Shown one piece after another: positions 27,992-37,664 of a DNA stretch of 64,000 nucleotides (the stretch's first letter is position 1; each line of letters begins with the position of its first letter). Source of the DNA: Patescibacteria group bacterium. Lineage in GTDB: Bacteria > Patescibacteriota > Minisyncoccia > Phycocordibacterales > JBHPGB01. The notes under the pieces were generated by a model. That model had not been told where the DNA came from. It made no database searches and saw only the letters and a list, made by a program, of their open reading frames with translations. Location: positions 6,261 to 70,260 of the forward strand of contig JBHPGB010000003.1 in the NCBI GenBank assembly GCA_042571085.1. The letters are read 5' to 3'. A program made the translations under genes and the position numbers.

Positions 27992-28918
27992 CTATCTAGC
28001 CACTGTATGCAAACTTGCCCAGAGGAGCTTTTTAGAATCTTCAAATCTTCCATCTACACTTGATCCTAATACTGAAATTGCAATTGGCTTCATGGGACCA
28101 GCCTCGTATACGATTACCAGATTACCTCCGGCAAGATCCGTGAAGCCTGTTTTCGATGCTACGATTCCAGGAAATGTTTCAACATTTTTGTTTGTATTTC
28201 TTGCGTCGTATGTTGCGTGTGAGGAGTACGTATGAACATCCGGGCGCGTGGTGGCTTCAAGCAAGTGTGGGTAATTCGCAACCACATGCCCAAGCAGTAC
28301 CGCCATATCTTTCGCTGATCCGTATGCACCAGCTATTCCCGTGCTTTCGTCTAAGCCGCTTTCATTCAAGAAAAATGTTTGTGTCATGCCGAGCGCACGG
28401 GCTTTATCATTCATTTTCTGTATAAAATATTCTTGTGGATTTTCTGCATCATTATCATCGGCAGATCTTGAAGCGAAGTTTGCTACAGACGCGGCCGCTC
28501 GCGCACCATCGTTTGATGATGAGACGAGTGTAAAATCAAGCATATCTTTTAGTCGCCACAACTCCCCTACCAAAAAACCACTATCACCCTCTGGCTCAAG
28601 TGTGTCATGCGCGATTCTTATTTTTAGCCCACTGTTTGGTGCGAGTTCTGTAGCAATCAGAGCAGTCATTACTTTTGTAACAGACGCGAGTGGAAATTGT
28701 TGGTTTTCATTTTTTGTATATAATACTTCTCCAGAATTTAAATCAAGCACATATGCAGCCTTTGCCTCAATAGAAATATTTTCAAATGGATTTTGTGTTT
28801 CAGTAGCCGCCTGTCTTTTTGGAAGTTCGTCATGTGTCAAAACACGCCAAAAGTGTGGCGTGGTAAAGGCGATTGTTGCCACCAATACAAGCGATAGGAT
28901 TGTTCTCTGATTAGACAT
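27992..28918 (-). CDS. D-alanyl-D-alanine carboxypeptidase (S11, PBP5/6-like)
   Basis: 308 aa; signal/TM; SxxK (ASVTKVMT), SxN (SSSNDGA), KTG (SKTGFT). Confidence 0.75.
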   Translation of the reverse strand: MSNQRTILSLVLVATIAFTTPHFWRVLTHDELPKRQAATETQNPFENISIEAKAAYVLDLNSGEVLYTKNENQQFPLASVTKVMTALIATELAPNSGLKIRIAHDTLEPEGDSGFLVGELWRLKDMLDFTLVSSSNDGARAAASVANFASRSADDNDAENPQEYFIQKMNDKARALGMTQTFFLNESGLDESTGIAGAYGSAKDMAVLLGHVVANYPHLLEATTRPDVHTYSSHATYDARNTNKNVETFPGIVASKTGFTDLAGGNLVIVYEAGPMKPIAISVLGSSVDGRFEDSKKLLWASLHTVAR

Positions 28919-28938
28919 AAATTGATTATTTACAGGCC

Positions 28939-29490
28939 TTAAGCCACTTCCTCTTCTTCCTCTTTTTGTTCTTCAAAACTCTCTATTTCCACTTTCACAT
29001 TTTCATAATCTGGCAGCTCTGTAATATCTGTTATACCAAGATGAGCGAAAAGTTCAAATGTTGGTTTGTATAGAAAGCTTCTTTGGTCTTCAGGGTTGCT
29101 CGTGCGTTCAACAAGTCCGCGCACCATCAAGTTGCGTAGAATGAAGCCTGAGTTTACACCACGAATGTAGTCTACCCTACTTTTTGCAATTGGTCCGAGA
29201 TATAAAACTATAGCAAGTGTTTCCAGACCTGCTTTACCCAAGTCTTTGTTCAGCTCTTCTTTTACGAGCGCTTCAATAATGTCTCCAAATTCAGGAGCAG
29301 TACCAATCATAACCACATCGTCTTTTTTAATTAATCTTATTCCCCTGTCGCTTAGGCTTTCTTTCAATTCAGAAACAGCATTAAGAGCATCTTCTTCTTG
29401 CACGCTCAACATAGCAGCCAAATTTTTTATTTTTGTTGGCCCGTTTTGGTAAAAAAGTATTGCTTCTATTTTTTTTGATAATTCATTCAT
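28939..29490 (-). CDS. scpB: Segregation and condensation protein B
   Basis: 183 aa; two winged-helix repeats; adjacent to scpA. Confidence 0.85.
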   Translation of the reverse strand: MNELSKKIEAILFYQNGPTKIKNLAAMLSVQEEDALNAVSELKESLSDRGIRLIKKDDVVMIGTAPEFGDIIEALVKEELNKDLGKAGLETLAIVLYLGPIAKSRVDYIRGVNSGFILRNLMVRGLVERTSNPEDQRSFLYKPTFELFAHLGITDITELPDYENVKVEIESFEEQKEEEEEVA

Positions 29491-29659
29491 CCCGTTAGAG
29501 ATAGGAAATAAAATTTCCGTATCTGATTATGTATTGTTAAACATTGATCAAAATCTCATTATATTCCATTTTGCCATAAAAGACAGTTTGGACCTGCCCG
29601 CCACTGCCTAATTCGTCCCAAATGTCAGTCAGGCGATGGCAGGCGGGTATCTAACGGGA
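29490..29659 (-). mobile_element. TIR element copy B (170 bp) carrying a nested 57-nt GC-clamped hairpin module; TTCA direct repeats; abuts the scpB start codon
   Basis: Same ends as copy A; insertion CCTGCCCGCCACTGCC...GGCAGGCGGGTA at about 29596..29652. Confidence 0.55.
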
Positions 29660-29672
29660 TTCATGTTGTTTT

Positions 29673-30449
29673 TTATTCGTATTTTGGTGTGCCCACCTCT
29701 TTAGATTCTATATCTATGTCTCCAAATTTCATATCTTGCTTCACATCAATAACATTCTGCTTCACAAGCTCAAGCATTGCAAGGAAACTCACGACCACAT
29801 CTACACGTTCTTTTTTTCCCATTCCGGAAAATTCAGTAAAGCTCATTTTAAAACTATTTTTAATTCGCTCGGCGAGATTGTCCATTCTCTCTTCCAGACT
29901 AATAACTTTCTGCACAACAGCTTGAGGAATAATATCTTTTTTTGGCAACTTCTTTAAAACATCTTTTATTGATGCGAATATGTTTTCTGTATTTGTGTAT
30001 TTATCAGGTGAAAACACCATCTCTGTATTTTTGCGAATTGTTTTTTCAAACATCATATTCTTACCGAAACTTTTTTCAATACCCTCCCCGAGTTCGCGCA
30101 TGCGTTTATATATTTTCAATCTTGTTTCCAAATCCTCCACACTCTCCTTTTCTTCTTCAGTGAGCGATAAAGTCGGTAAAAGAGATTTTGATTTTATAAG
30201 AACAAGGGTTGATGCTACGAGCACAAAATCAGCTGTATTTTTCACAGAAAAATCCTCAAGCCTTTTCGTGTATTCAATATACTCATCTGCAACAGCGGCC
30301 AAAGATATGTCGTTTATAAAAAATTTCCTCTTCTCTATCAAAGAAAGAAGTAGGTCTAAAGGCCCCTCAAACACGTCTGTTTTTATTTCAAATGCACTGC
30401 TCATTTGCATACAATATACCTTAAATTGGCAATAAAATAAACGGCTCAA
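29673..30449 (-). CDS. scpA: Segregation and condensation protein A (kleisin); true start probably an internal M (MQMSSAFEI)
   Basis: 258 aa; ScpA N- and C-terminal winged-helix regions. Confidence 0.8.
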   Translation of the reverse strand: MSRLFYCQFKVYCMQMSSAFEIKTDVFEGPLDLLLSLIEKRKFFINDISLAAVADEYIEYTKRLEDFSVKNTADFVLVASTLVLIKSKSLLPTLSLTEEEKESVEDLETRLKIYKRMRELGEGIEKSFGKNMMFEKTIRKNTEMVFSPDKYTNTENIFASIKDVLKKLPKKDIIPQAVVQKVISLEERMDNLAERIKNSFKMSFTEFSGMGKKERVDVVVSFLAMLELVKQNVIDVKQDMKFGDIDIESKEVGTPKYE

Positions 30450-30463
30450 CGTAAGTTGAGCCG
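30442..30463. repeat. GGCTCAAC-family hairpin: CGGCTCAAC gtaa GTTGAGCCG
   Basis: 9-bp perfect stem; upstream of scpA, downstream of the small ORF. Confidence 0.5.
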
Positions 30464-30485
30464 GTCAATGTGTGTTCACTTGGAT

Positions 30486-30695
30486 TCAAATTTCTCTTGA
30501 TCCGCAAAATAGACAAAAATGCTGTGCGTCATGTGTAATCACACTTGTTTCGTGCTGACAGCCTTTCTGTAGATACTCCAGCATTTTATGTATTTGAGGA
30601 GGGATTTCTGGCTTTTTGTGCTTTTCATCTACAAGCATCACTAGTAGTATTCTTCCGCGTAATTCAACTAATTCGTGTGGCTCCAATCGGCACAT
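30486..30695 (-). CDS. Hypothetical small Cys-containing protein (69 aa) with canonical SD
   Basis: CAGGAGG 6 nt upstream of the ATG; C-terminal CQHE...CLFCG. Confidence 0.45.
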   Translation of the reverse strand: MCRLEPHELVELRGRILLVMLVDEKHKKPEIPPQIHKMLEYLQKGCQHETSVITHDAQHFCLFCGSREI

Positions 30696-30780
30696 AGATA
30701 CCTCCTGTGCATGTACAAAATCTATATATTAAAACTACCAGTAAATGGTAAAAGTTACAAATAAAAATTGATGCTGTCAA

Positions 30781-31455
30781 TTAGATTTTCTCAGCGTTTT
30801 TTACGTCAAAGTCCCCTACTTTTGTGCGACGCAGCTCTTTGATTGTAGCCGGTACGCCGAGCCGACGGCCGATTTCTTCAGCAATAGAACGGATGTATGT
30901 TCCAGATGAAACATCTAATCTTATTTGCAAAACCACCTTATTGTCCACTTGTTTGGTGTCCAGTAGGTCAATACTTTTTATTTCCATTTTTTTAATTGGT
31001 GCTTCCACATCTTCTCCACGGCGAGCTTTTTTATACAGTGCCTCCCCTCCTCTTTTGATTGCTGAATAAATTGGTACAGGTAATTCGAGCACACCAACCA
31101 AACCATTTAGAGTTTCACCAAGCTTGGTAGAGATTGAATTTATATCAACCGACTCCTCTTCAAGAATTTCACCTTCCATATCTCCCATATTAGTTTTTAT
31201 GCCAAGCAACACCTCTGCCTCGTATTCTTTATCTAATCCAATTAAATCTTTTAGTTGTTTTGTCCCTTTTTCTATACCAATGATTAAAAGCCCGCTTGCG
31301 AGCGGATCTAAAGTGCCTGCGTGGCCCATCTTGCGTACGTTAAGTTTTTTACGAAGCCTGCGGATTACATCAAAAGAAGTAATACCTTTAGGCTTGTCTA
31401 TTAGAATTAAGTTTTCTGAATCCATATTTCTAGTGTGCCATGTCGTGTTGTTCAT
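30781..31455 (-). CDS. truB: tRNA pseudouridine(55) synthase TruB
   Basis: 224 aa; catalytic-Asp motif GHAGTLDPLASGLL. Confidence 0.9.
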   Translation of the reverse strand: MNNTTWHTRNMDSENLILIDKPKGITSFDVIRRLRKKLNVRKMGHAGTLDPLASGLLIIGIEKGTKQLKDLIGLDKEYEAEVLLGIKTNMGDMEGEILEEESVDINSISTKLGETLNGLVGVLELPVPIYSAIKRGGEALYKKARRGEDVEAPIKKMEIKSIDLLDTKQVDNKVVLQIRLDVSSGTYIRSIAEEIGRRLGVPATIKELRRTKVGDFDVKNAEKI

Positions 31456-32608
31456 TTATCAGTGTAACAAATAATGTTGCCACTGCAGCAAATATGAAAA
31501 TAAATTTTATGCTAAAGAAAAATGAAATTATAAATGCAATACCAATCATTAATATCCTCCCAATATTTAGTGACATTTCTCGTAATACAGTATATTCGTC
31601 CACATAATGTCCATTATCTGCAGCTTGGTCATATTGTGTTGTATCAACAGATGTGCGATGTATTACTCTACCTACATTGTGGTATGTGTCTGCGATAAAA
31701 ACCTGGAATGCTGTTTCTATGAAAAGTTTAACAATCCATCCTGTGGTGTTAAATATTGATCCAATAACTACCATACGTTTTTGATTCCAGGTATCAAGTA
31801 AATTTCCAATGAAAGTTCGTATTATTATAATTGCAAAAATTGTTAATGAGGATACGATACCTACTGTGAGATATTTTTCATCAAATAGCATGAATATAAA
31901 AATAGGCCATATTATTGCTGATACAATACTTTGAAACCCATCAGCAGTGAATGCTATAAACATACCCCTGTTTTCTTTGTGAAAAAGTTTTTTGAAAGTT
32001 TCCAAGTACCCCCAACTATAATGTTCTCGTGTACTTTCTATAAAAAAAGCTGGAATTATACTGAATAAAAACAAAAAGGCTGAAACAAGGAAAGCTCCAC
32101 TGAAAGTGAAATATGCAATCAGTGCGCCACCGACAAATGGCATTATTGTACCTATTATTTGAGCAATATTACGAAGAAGAGAGATTTGTCGACCACGAAT
32201 GTCTTCGTCGGTAAATTTTGCAAAGTCTACATGATATGGAAGCCAGTATAATAATTTATATATAATAATTGCTAATGTGAATATGACAAGAATAAGATAA
32301 GGGTTATAATCCCAAAAATATAGAGAAAAAATTGATATTAGAGCGAAAGGTACCGCAATTATCATCATTTTTTTTAGGCTAAAGCTGTTTAATATTCTTG
32401 ATGCAATTGGATATAAAAAAAGGACCAAACCAAAATTTATTGCATAGATGATGAGAACTGCTGTGAAAGAATTATCAAATTTTGTAAAAAAGAATATTGG
32501 TAGGAACAATCCAATTACTCCAAACGCAGCCTGTAGTAAAACGCGCCCAGTGTATAGCCAGGCAAGATTTTTTGATATTTTTAAATTTTTGTAATCAAAC
32601 AATTTCAT
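31430..32608 (-). CDS. Polytopic membrane transporter (MFS-like), hypothetical
   Basis: 392 aa; about 12 TM helices. Confidence 0.45.
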   Translation of the reverse strand: MKLFDYKNLKISKNLAWLYTGRVLLQAAFGVIGLFLPIFFFTKFDNSFTAVLIIYAINFGLVLFLYPIASRILNSFSLKKMMIIAVPFALISIFSLYFWDYNPYLILVIFTLAIIIYKLLYWLPYHVDFAKFTDEDIRGRQISLLRNIAQIIGTIMPFVGGALIAYFTFSGAFLVSAFLFLFSIIPAFFIESTREHYSWGYLETFKKLFHKENRGMFIAFTADGFQSIVSAIIWPIFIFMLFDEKYLTVGIVSSLTIFAIIIIRTFIGNLLDTWNQKRMVVIGSIFNTTGWIVKLFIETAFQVFIADTYHNVGRVIHRTSVDTTQYDQAADNGHYVDEYTVLREMSLNIGRILMIGIAFIISFFFSIKFIFIFAAVATLFVTLINEQHDMAH

Positions 32609-32778
32609 CCCGTTAGAGATAGGAAATGTAATTTCCGTATCTTATTAATGGTAAATTGATTATGTATAAATATTTTATCAGTTTCCCGCTTGCCACAAAA
32701 GACAGTTTGGACCTGCCCGCCACTGCCTAATTCGTCCCAAATGTCAGTCAGGCGATGGCAGGCGGGTATCTAACGGGA
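32608..32778 (-). mobile_element. TIR element copy C (171 bp) with the same nested hairpin module as copy B; TTCA direct repeats; abuts the start codon of the transporter gene
   Basis: Nested module 32716..32772 is 100% identical to that in copy B. Confidence 0.55.
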
Positions 32779-32785
32779 TTCATTT

Positions 32786-33058
32786 TTATGCGCAAATAGT
32801 ATTTTTATATCCTGGAAAATAATTTTGTATTTCTTTTAAATTAAACTCACTTAAGATTTGCTCCGCCGCTTCCCTCTCAAGCAGAAACTCAAATGATTTT
32901 TCTATTAATTCTTCCGGTGTTATTTTACCATTTGATAGTTTAGCATAATAATCTTTATCTAGTACGACGGTATGCTTTGTTTTGTCGGAAATCTTTACTT
33001 CAAAAGTGAAATGTTCTTCATTCTCATCAATTTTTTGTATTTGCAGATTGTGAGTCAT
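32786..33058 (-). CDS. Hypothetical protein (90 aa)
   Basis: ORF only. Confidence 0.4.
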   Translation of the reverse strand: MTHNLQIQKIDENEEHFTFEVKISDKTKHTVVLDKDYYAKLSNGKITPEELIEKSFEFLLEREAAEQILSEFNLKEIQNYFPGYKNTICA

Positions 33059-33063
33059 GGCTT

Positions 33064-34059
33064 TTAAATGATACTAAATATCTTTAGTATGAAAAATACA
33101 TACAATACCAAAAACATCATTCCTTCCCAGTGATATATTCGACGTGATATTCCAACTATAATAAACAGGAATGTTGCAAGGGCCATAATCGGTACACCAA
33201 TTGAAAGCGTACTATGGTCTACTGAGAGTGATCCAAATAATCCAGGGAGCCCAACCACAAAGAGGGCGTTGAAGGAGTTTGAACCTAAGATATTACCAAC
33301 CGCCACTTCAGATTTGCCTTGTAAGACAGCACGGCCGGATACAGCCAGCTCTGGTAATGATGTACCAATAGCAATTGCTGAAATTGAAATTAGTCCTGGA
33401 GCGATGTCTAAAAGTGTTGAAAGTTCTATTACAGATTCAATAAGATATTTTGCGCCCAATAATACCGCACAGAGACCGGCCACAAAAAGTATCTGGTCTT
33501 TAAAATGAGCAACTCTGCGTAATACATATATAAGGCCCCAGTATTCCCTCTCTGCAAATTTCTGTAGCTCTTTACTTTTTTCTGCAACAACAGTACTGGC
33601 CTTCTTTTCACCACCCGCAAGAGAATATACAAAATAGATTAGATATGTGATAAACAAGAGAATAGATTCAATTTGTAGCACTTGCCCGTCGTATACAATT
33701 CCCAAAAATAGTACTGTTGAAATTGCAAACAGCGGTAACTCCAAATCAATAAGACTGCGAGTAACTTCCAAGCGCCTTCCCATGATTGCGATAATACCCA
33801 AGATGAGTAGTATGTTTGCAATGTTGGAACCGGTAGCGTTTGCGACAACGACTTCCGGTACTCCTTGAATTATCGCGGCGAATGCGGATACTAATTCTGG
33901 TAGTGATGTACCAATACCAACAATAAGCGCACCAATCACGAATGGCGAGAAACCGAGTCGAATTCCCAGGCGCTCGGCGCCGTGCAAAAACCAGTGAGAA
34001 CCTTTCACTAAAGCAGCGAGAGATACCACGAAAATGAGTATCCATGTAAATATTTCCAT
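33064..34059 (-). CDS. Ca2+/cation antiporter (CaCA family, YrbG-like)
   Basis: 331 aa; two alpha-repeats GTSLPELVSAF and GTSLPELAVSG with GNILGSN. Confidence 0.75.
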   Translation of the reverse strand: MEIFTWILIFVVSLAALVKGSHWFLHGAERLGIRLGFSPFVIGALIVGIGTSLPELVSAFAAIIQGVPEVVVANATGSNIANILLILGIIAIMGRRLEVTRSLIDLELPLFAISTVLFLGIVYDGQVLQIESILLFITYLIYFVYSLAGGEKKASTVVAEKSKELQKFAEREYWGLIYVLRRVAHFKDQILFVAGLCAVLLGAKYLIESVIELSTLLDIAPGLISISAIAIGTSLPELAVSGRAVLQGKSEVAVGNILGSNSFNALFVVGLPGLFGSLSVDHSTLSIGVPIMALATFLFIIVGISRRIYHWEGMMFLVLYVFFILKIFSII

Positions 34060-34163
34060 ACCTGTATTGTAGCAATTTATTATGAGATTTTGTAGGTTTT
34101 GTGCAAAAATTGGTTAATTAAATAATCTACAAGATTAACTCATTATGGTAATATAATGATGTC

Positions 34164-34739
34164 ATGAGAAAAATTATTCTAGATATTGAAACACAAAACT
34201 CTTTTCAGGAGGTGGGCTCAAGCAGCGCTGTTGATTTGGATATTTCCCTGCTCGTTATTTATGATTATGAAGATGGAAAATATAAAACATTTATGGAAAA
34301 AGATTTTCCTGAGCTTTGGAAAATTCTTGAGCAGACCGACCTGATTATTGGTTACAACTCAGATCACTTTGATATTCCACTCTTAAATAAATATTACTCG
34401 GGAGACCTTTCTCAAATTAAGAGCCTGGATTTGCTCGTACCAATCCGTGAATCGCTTGGGCGGCGTGTGAGGCTTGATTCAGTGGCTGCTGGGACCCTCG
34501 GGAAAAACAAAAGTGGTAATGGGCTTGAGGCGATTGAGTGGTGGAAGAATGGCGAAATAGATAAAATTAAAAAATATTGTGAGCAAGATGTGCGTGTGAC
34601 AAAAGAGGTGTATGAATATGCAACGGAGCATAAAAAATTAAAATATAAAGAGATAGGACAAATTATTGAGTTTGATATAGATACTAATGGATGGGATGAA
34701 GGTAGTGGTGGTGGGATGAATTATACATTGCCATTTTAA
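34164..34739 (+). CDS. DEDD-family 3'-5' exonuclease-like protein
   Basis: 191 aa; Exo I LDIET, Exo II YNSDHFDIPLL, Exo III-like YCEQDVRVT. Confidence 0.5.
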   Translation: MRKIILDIETQNSFQEVGSSSAVDLDISLLVIYDYEDGKYKTFMEKDFPELWKILEQTDLIIGYNSDHFDIPLLNKYYSGDLSQIKSLDLLVPIRESLGRRVRLDSVAAGTLGKNKSGNGLEAIEWWKNGEIDKIKKYCEQDVRVTKEVYEYATEHKKLKYKEIGQIIEFDIDTNGWDEGSGGGMNYTLPF

Positions 34740-34741
34740 AT

Positions 34742-35040
34742 ATATAGACGTGAAAAATGCCAGAGCAAGCTCCGACATTCTTCAGTGTAGTCACCTCCCG
34801 GAGGAGATAACTACCCTTTTATTATATTCAATATTGAAATCTGGTCAATACTTTTTGTAGATAATTGTGGATAACTCCCAGTGCCTATTCTTTGTAATCT
34901 GACTATTCCACCAGACGTGAAAAATGCCAGAGCAAGCTCCGACATTCTTCAGTGTAATTATTTTCCCGGAGGAAAACAATTACTCTCCTAATATATCAAT
35001 TTCTGAGATTCGCGCAAGTCCTATTTTCAATAGAGTATAA
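34742..35040 (+). repeat. Family-2 composite repeat, locus 1 (unit1 plus unit2; each unit begins with the invariant 42 nt AGACGTGAAAAATGCCAGAGCAAGCTCCGACATTCTTCAGTG)
   Basis: About 90% identical to 37322..37652; unit2 is also present alone at 39198..39372. Confidence 0.7.
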
Positions 35041-35046
35041 ATATTG

Positions 35047-36717
35047 TTATTTGTCAAATTCAGGTAAAAATAGCCTTGCGATGCGTAACTCTTCAAATGA
35101 GTATTTTTCTTTGAGTGCTTTGTATACTGGTGAGAGTTTTGTGTCTCCAGATTTTAGAAAAGCCTTGTGCATTTCCATGAGCGCTTTTTGTTTTGGTTTA
35201 AATGTACTTAAATCAAGCTTTGGATCTTTCTCTTTTAGTTTTTCAAGATGCCCAAGGATGGTGTTTTCAACCACCCCTCTCTTCTTTGCTAGTTGTTTTA
35301 AATTTAATCCCTTTTCTATCAGAAGTCTTGTCTTTTCATATGTAGAGATTTTCTCTTCAACCTTGTCTACTTTTTTATTCTTATTTTTCTCGATTTCTTT
35401 TTTATTTATAGTACCCCCACATTTAAGCACAAAATCGTTGTGCATTTTTTCCATATCTCCATCAGAAAAACGACCTATTACCTTACTCCACTTTTCAGAT
35501 TCTTTTAGAAGGTGTTCATTGATTTGAGCCACTCTTGGGTGCACTGCGAAAGCCATTTCGTTTATACCAGAAAGAAGAAGACCTCCGAGCGTGCGTAGAC
35601 GCGAGAGAGCCACGTATCCTTGTCCTGGCACGAAAGATTTAGACAAATCAATTTCTGCTGCATCCATACTCAAGCCCTGGCTTTTGTGTATCGTAATTGC
35701 CCACGCAAGCCGCAGTGGCAATTGCTCCACCATGCCTAGCACTTTCCCATCCTCCTCAACAGACCATTCCGAAGGTGAAACATGAATTAGTTCACCGGAA
35801 AAAGTTTTGACTACTGGCATGCCATCTTCAAAACCTTTTACAACACCAAGCGTGCCGTTAACGTATCCTTCCTCAAAATTGTTTTTTATAAACATCACCA
35901 CCGCGTCCTTCTTTAGTTTGAGTGTTTCGGATGTCAAAATACTCTTTTTGAGTGAGCTTATGATAGTGGCCCGCCCTTTTGAAGACATCTCAAATTTATA
36001 CTCTGTGCCTGGTAGCTTATCCAATTCTTTTTGATTTAGCTCGTCTACATCGGCATTGTGAGTATACAGGCGCGTCGGTGTGATGTTTCCTTTTATGCTC
36101 GTCTGCTCAGAAAGAATATTACGCGTTTTGTCGCTCACAGAGCCGCCTCGTATTTCATTCAGGATACTTTCTAAAGTACTGTCACCTTGGCGAAATTGTT
36201 CCTCTAAATAACAGACACGAACATCCATTTCTCTCCACGCCTCTGATGCGATAGCGAATTCTGGCTCAGTGTATCCGCGTACAATTGGCGGCAATTGAAA
36301 GAAGTCACCCGAAAGCACCACCTGCATCCCTCCAAACGGCTCAGGGTTACGTTTCATCGCTTTACACACCCTGTTTACATTATCTAGCAGCTGCGGTGAA
36401 AGCATGGAAACCTCGTCTATTAAAAGTATCTGTGTTTTTTCAAACCTGGTCCACAGGTGCTTCTTTCCCTCCATTGAATCCAAATCCATTTCAGATATGT
36501 GTTCTTTAATACCAATGCCACTCCATGAGTGAATGGTGGTGCCTCCTATATGAGTCGCCGCGATACCCGTTGAGGCTGTCACACCGATACTGACTCCCCT
36601 ATCTTTTAAATATGAAATATACTCATTTAAAACATGAGTTTTACCACTACCGGCGGCCCCTGTCAGATATACGTTTCTACCAGCCTTTAAAATTTTTAAC
36701 GCTTCGGCTTGTTTCAT
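35047..36717 (-). CDS. SF1B DNA helicase (PIF1/RecD-like) with C-terminal HTH-like tail
   Basis: 556 aa; Walker A GAAGSGKTH, Walker B LLIDEVSM, GDFFQLPPI, ITIHKSQGLS. Confidence 0.7.
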   Translation of the reverse strand: MKQAEALKILKAGRNVYLTGAAGSGKTHVLNEYISYLKDRGVSIGVTASTGIAATHIGGTTIHSWSGIGIKEHISEMDLDSMEGKKHLWTRFEKTQILLIDEVSMLSPQLLDNVNRVCKAMKRNPEPFGGMQVVLSGDFFQLPPIVRGYTEPEFAIASEAWREMDVRVCYLEEQFRQGDSTLESILNEIRGGSVSDKTRNILSEQTSIKGNITPTRLYTHNADVDELNQKELDKLPGTEYKFEMSSKGRATIISSLKKSILTSETLKLKKDAVVMFIKNNFEEGYVNGTLGVVKGFEDGMPVVKTFSGELIHVSPSEWSVEEDGKVLGMVEQLPLRLAWAITIHKSQGLSMDAAEIDLSKSFVPGQGYVALSRLRTLGGLLLSGINEMAFAVHPRVAQINEHLLKESEKWSKVIGRFSDGDMEKMHNDFVLKCGGTINKKEIEKNKNKKVDKVEEKISTYEKTRLLIEKGLNLKQLAKKRGVVENTILGHLEKLKEKDPKLDLSTFKPKQKALMEMHKAFLKSGDTKLSPVYKALKEKYSFEELRIARLFLPEFDK

Positions 36718-36725
36718 AGATGAAA

Positions 36726-37295
36726 TTATTCCATTAGGAAATCCAAGATATTATCTGCCCACTTCTTGTTTTTTGCTGAGTATAGGAAATATTTATCCCC
36801 GAATTCTTCCTTCAGTTTTTTTGTAATTACACTTTTTTCTTTCTGATTCAGTTTGTCCGATTTATTTGCAATTACTACATAGTTTATACCGACATCCTCT
36901 AGGATATCTATCATCTCATAATCAAATTCTGTACATCCAATTCTTGAATCAACAATCAGCGCTACTGTACGAATCGGAGCATTAGATTCTGTTAGATACC
37001 AAATAATTAATTTTCTCAGTTTTTCTCTGGCACTTTGTGATATTTTGGCAAAACCATAACCAGGCAGATCAACGAAATATATAGAATCATTCACAAGGAA
37101 GAAATTTATCTCTCGTGTTTTACCAGGAATAGAACTTGTTTTTACTAAATCTTTTTTTCCAAGCAAAGAATTGATAACGCTTGATTTGCCGACATTAGAA
37201 CGGCCAACAAATGCAATGTTTGCTTTGTTGTCATTTAGGATTTCATCAGTTCCCCGTATTCCTTTTATAAATTGTACGGATTTGATAGTTTTCAT
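36726..37295 (-). CDS. engB: Ribosome biogenesis GTP-binding protein EngB/YihA
   Basis: 189 aa; G1 GRSNVGKSS; TREINFF. Confidence 0.9.
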   Translation of the reverse strand: MKTIKSVQFIKGIRGTDEILNDNKANIAFVGRSNVGKSSVINSLLGKKDLVKTSSIPGKTREINFFLVNDSIYFVDLPGYGFAKISQSAREKLRKLIIWYLTESNAPIRTVALIVDSRIGCTEFDYEMIDILEDVGINYVVIANKSDKLNQKEKSVITKKLKEEFGDKYFLYSAKNKKWADNILDFLME

Positions 37296-37321
37296 ATGAC
37301 TCTTATTCTAACATACCTTAC

Positions 37322-37652
37322 CTATAGACGTGAAAAATGCCAGAGCAAGCTCCGACATTCTTCAGTGCAGCTACCTCCCGGAGGAGATAACTACCTTTCT
37401 ATTATATTTAATATTGAAATCTGGTCAATACTTTTCTGTGCATAACTGTGGATAACTACCAATGCCTATTCTTTGTACCCTGACTATTTCACCAGACGTG
37501 AAAAATGCCAGAGCAAGCTCCGACATTCTTCAGTGTAATTATTTTCCCGGAGGAAAACAATTACTCTCCTAATATATCAATTTCTGAGATTCACGCAAGT
37601 CCTATTTTCAATAGAATATAAATATAAAAATATGTCAAATTTAGACAAAATG
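37322..37652 (+). repeat. Family-2 composite repeat, locus 2 (unit1 plus unit2) between engB and pyk
   Basis: Direct copy of locus 1. Confidence 0.7.
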
Positions 37653-37664
37653 GCAAGTTTTAAT

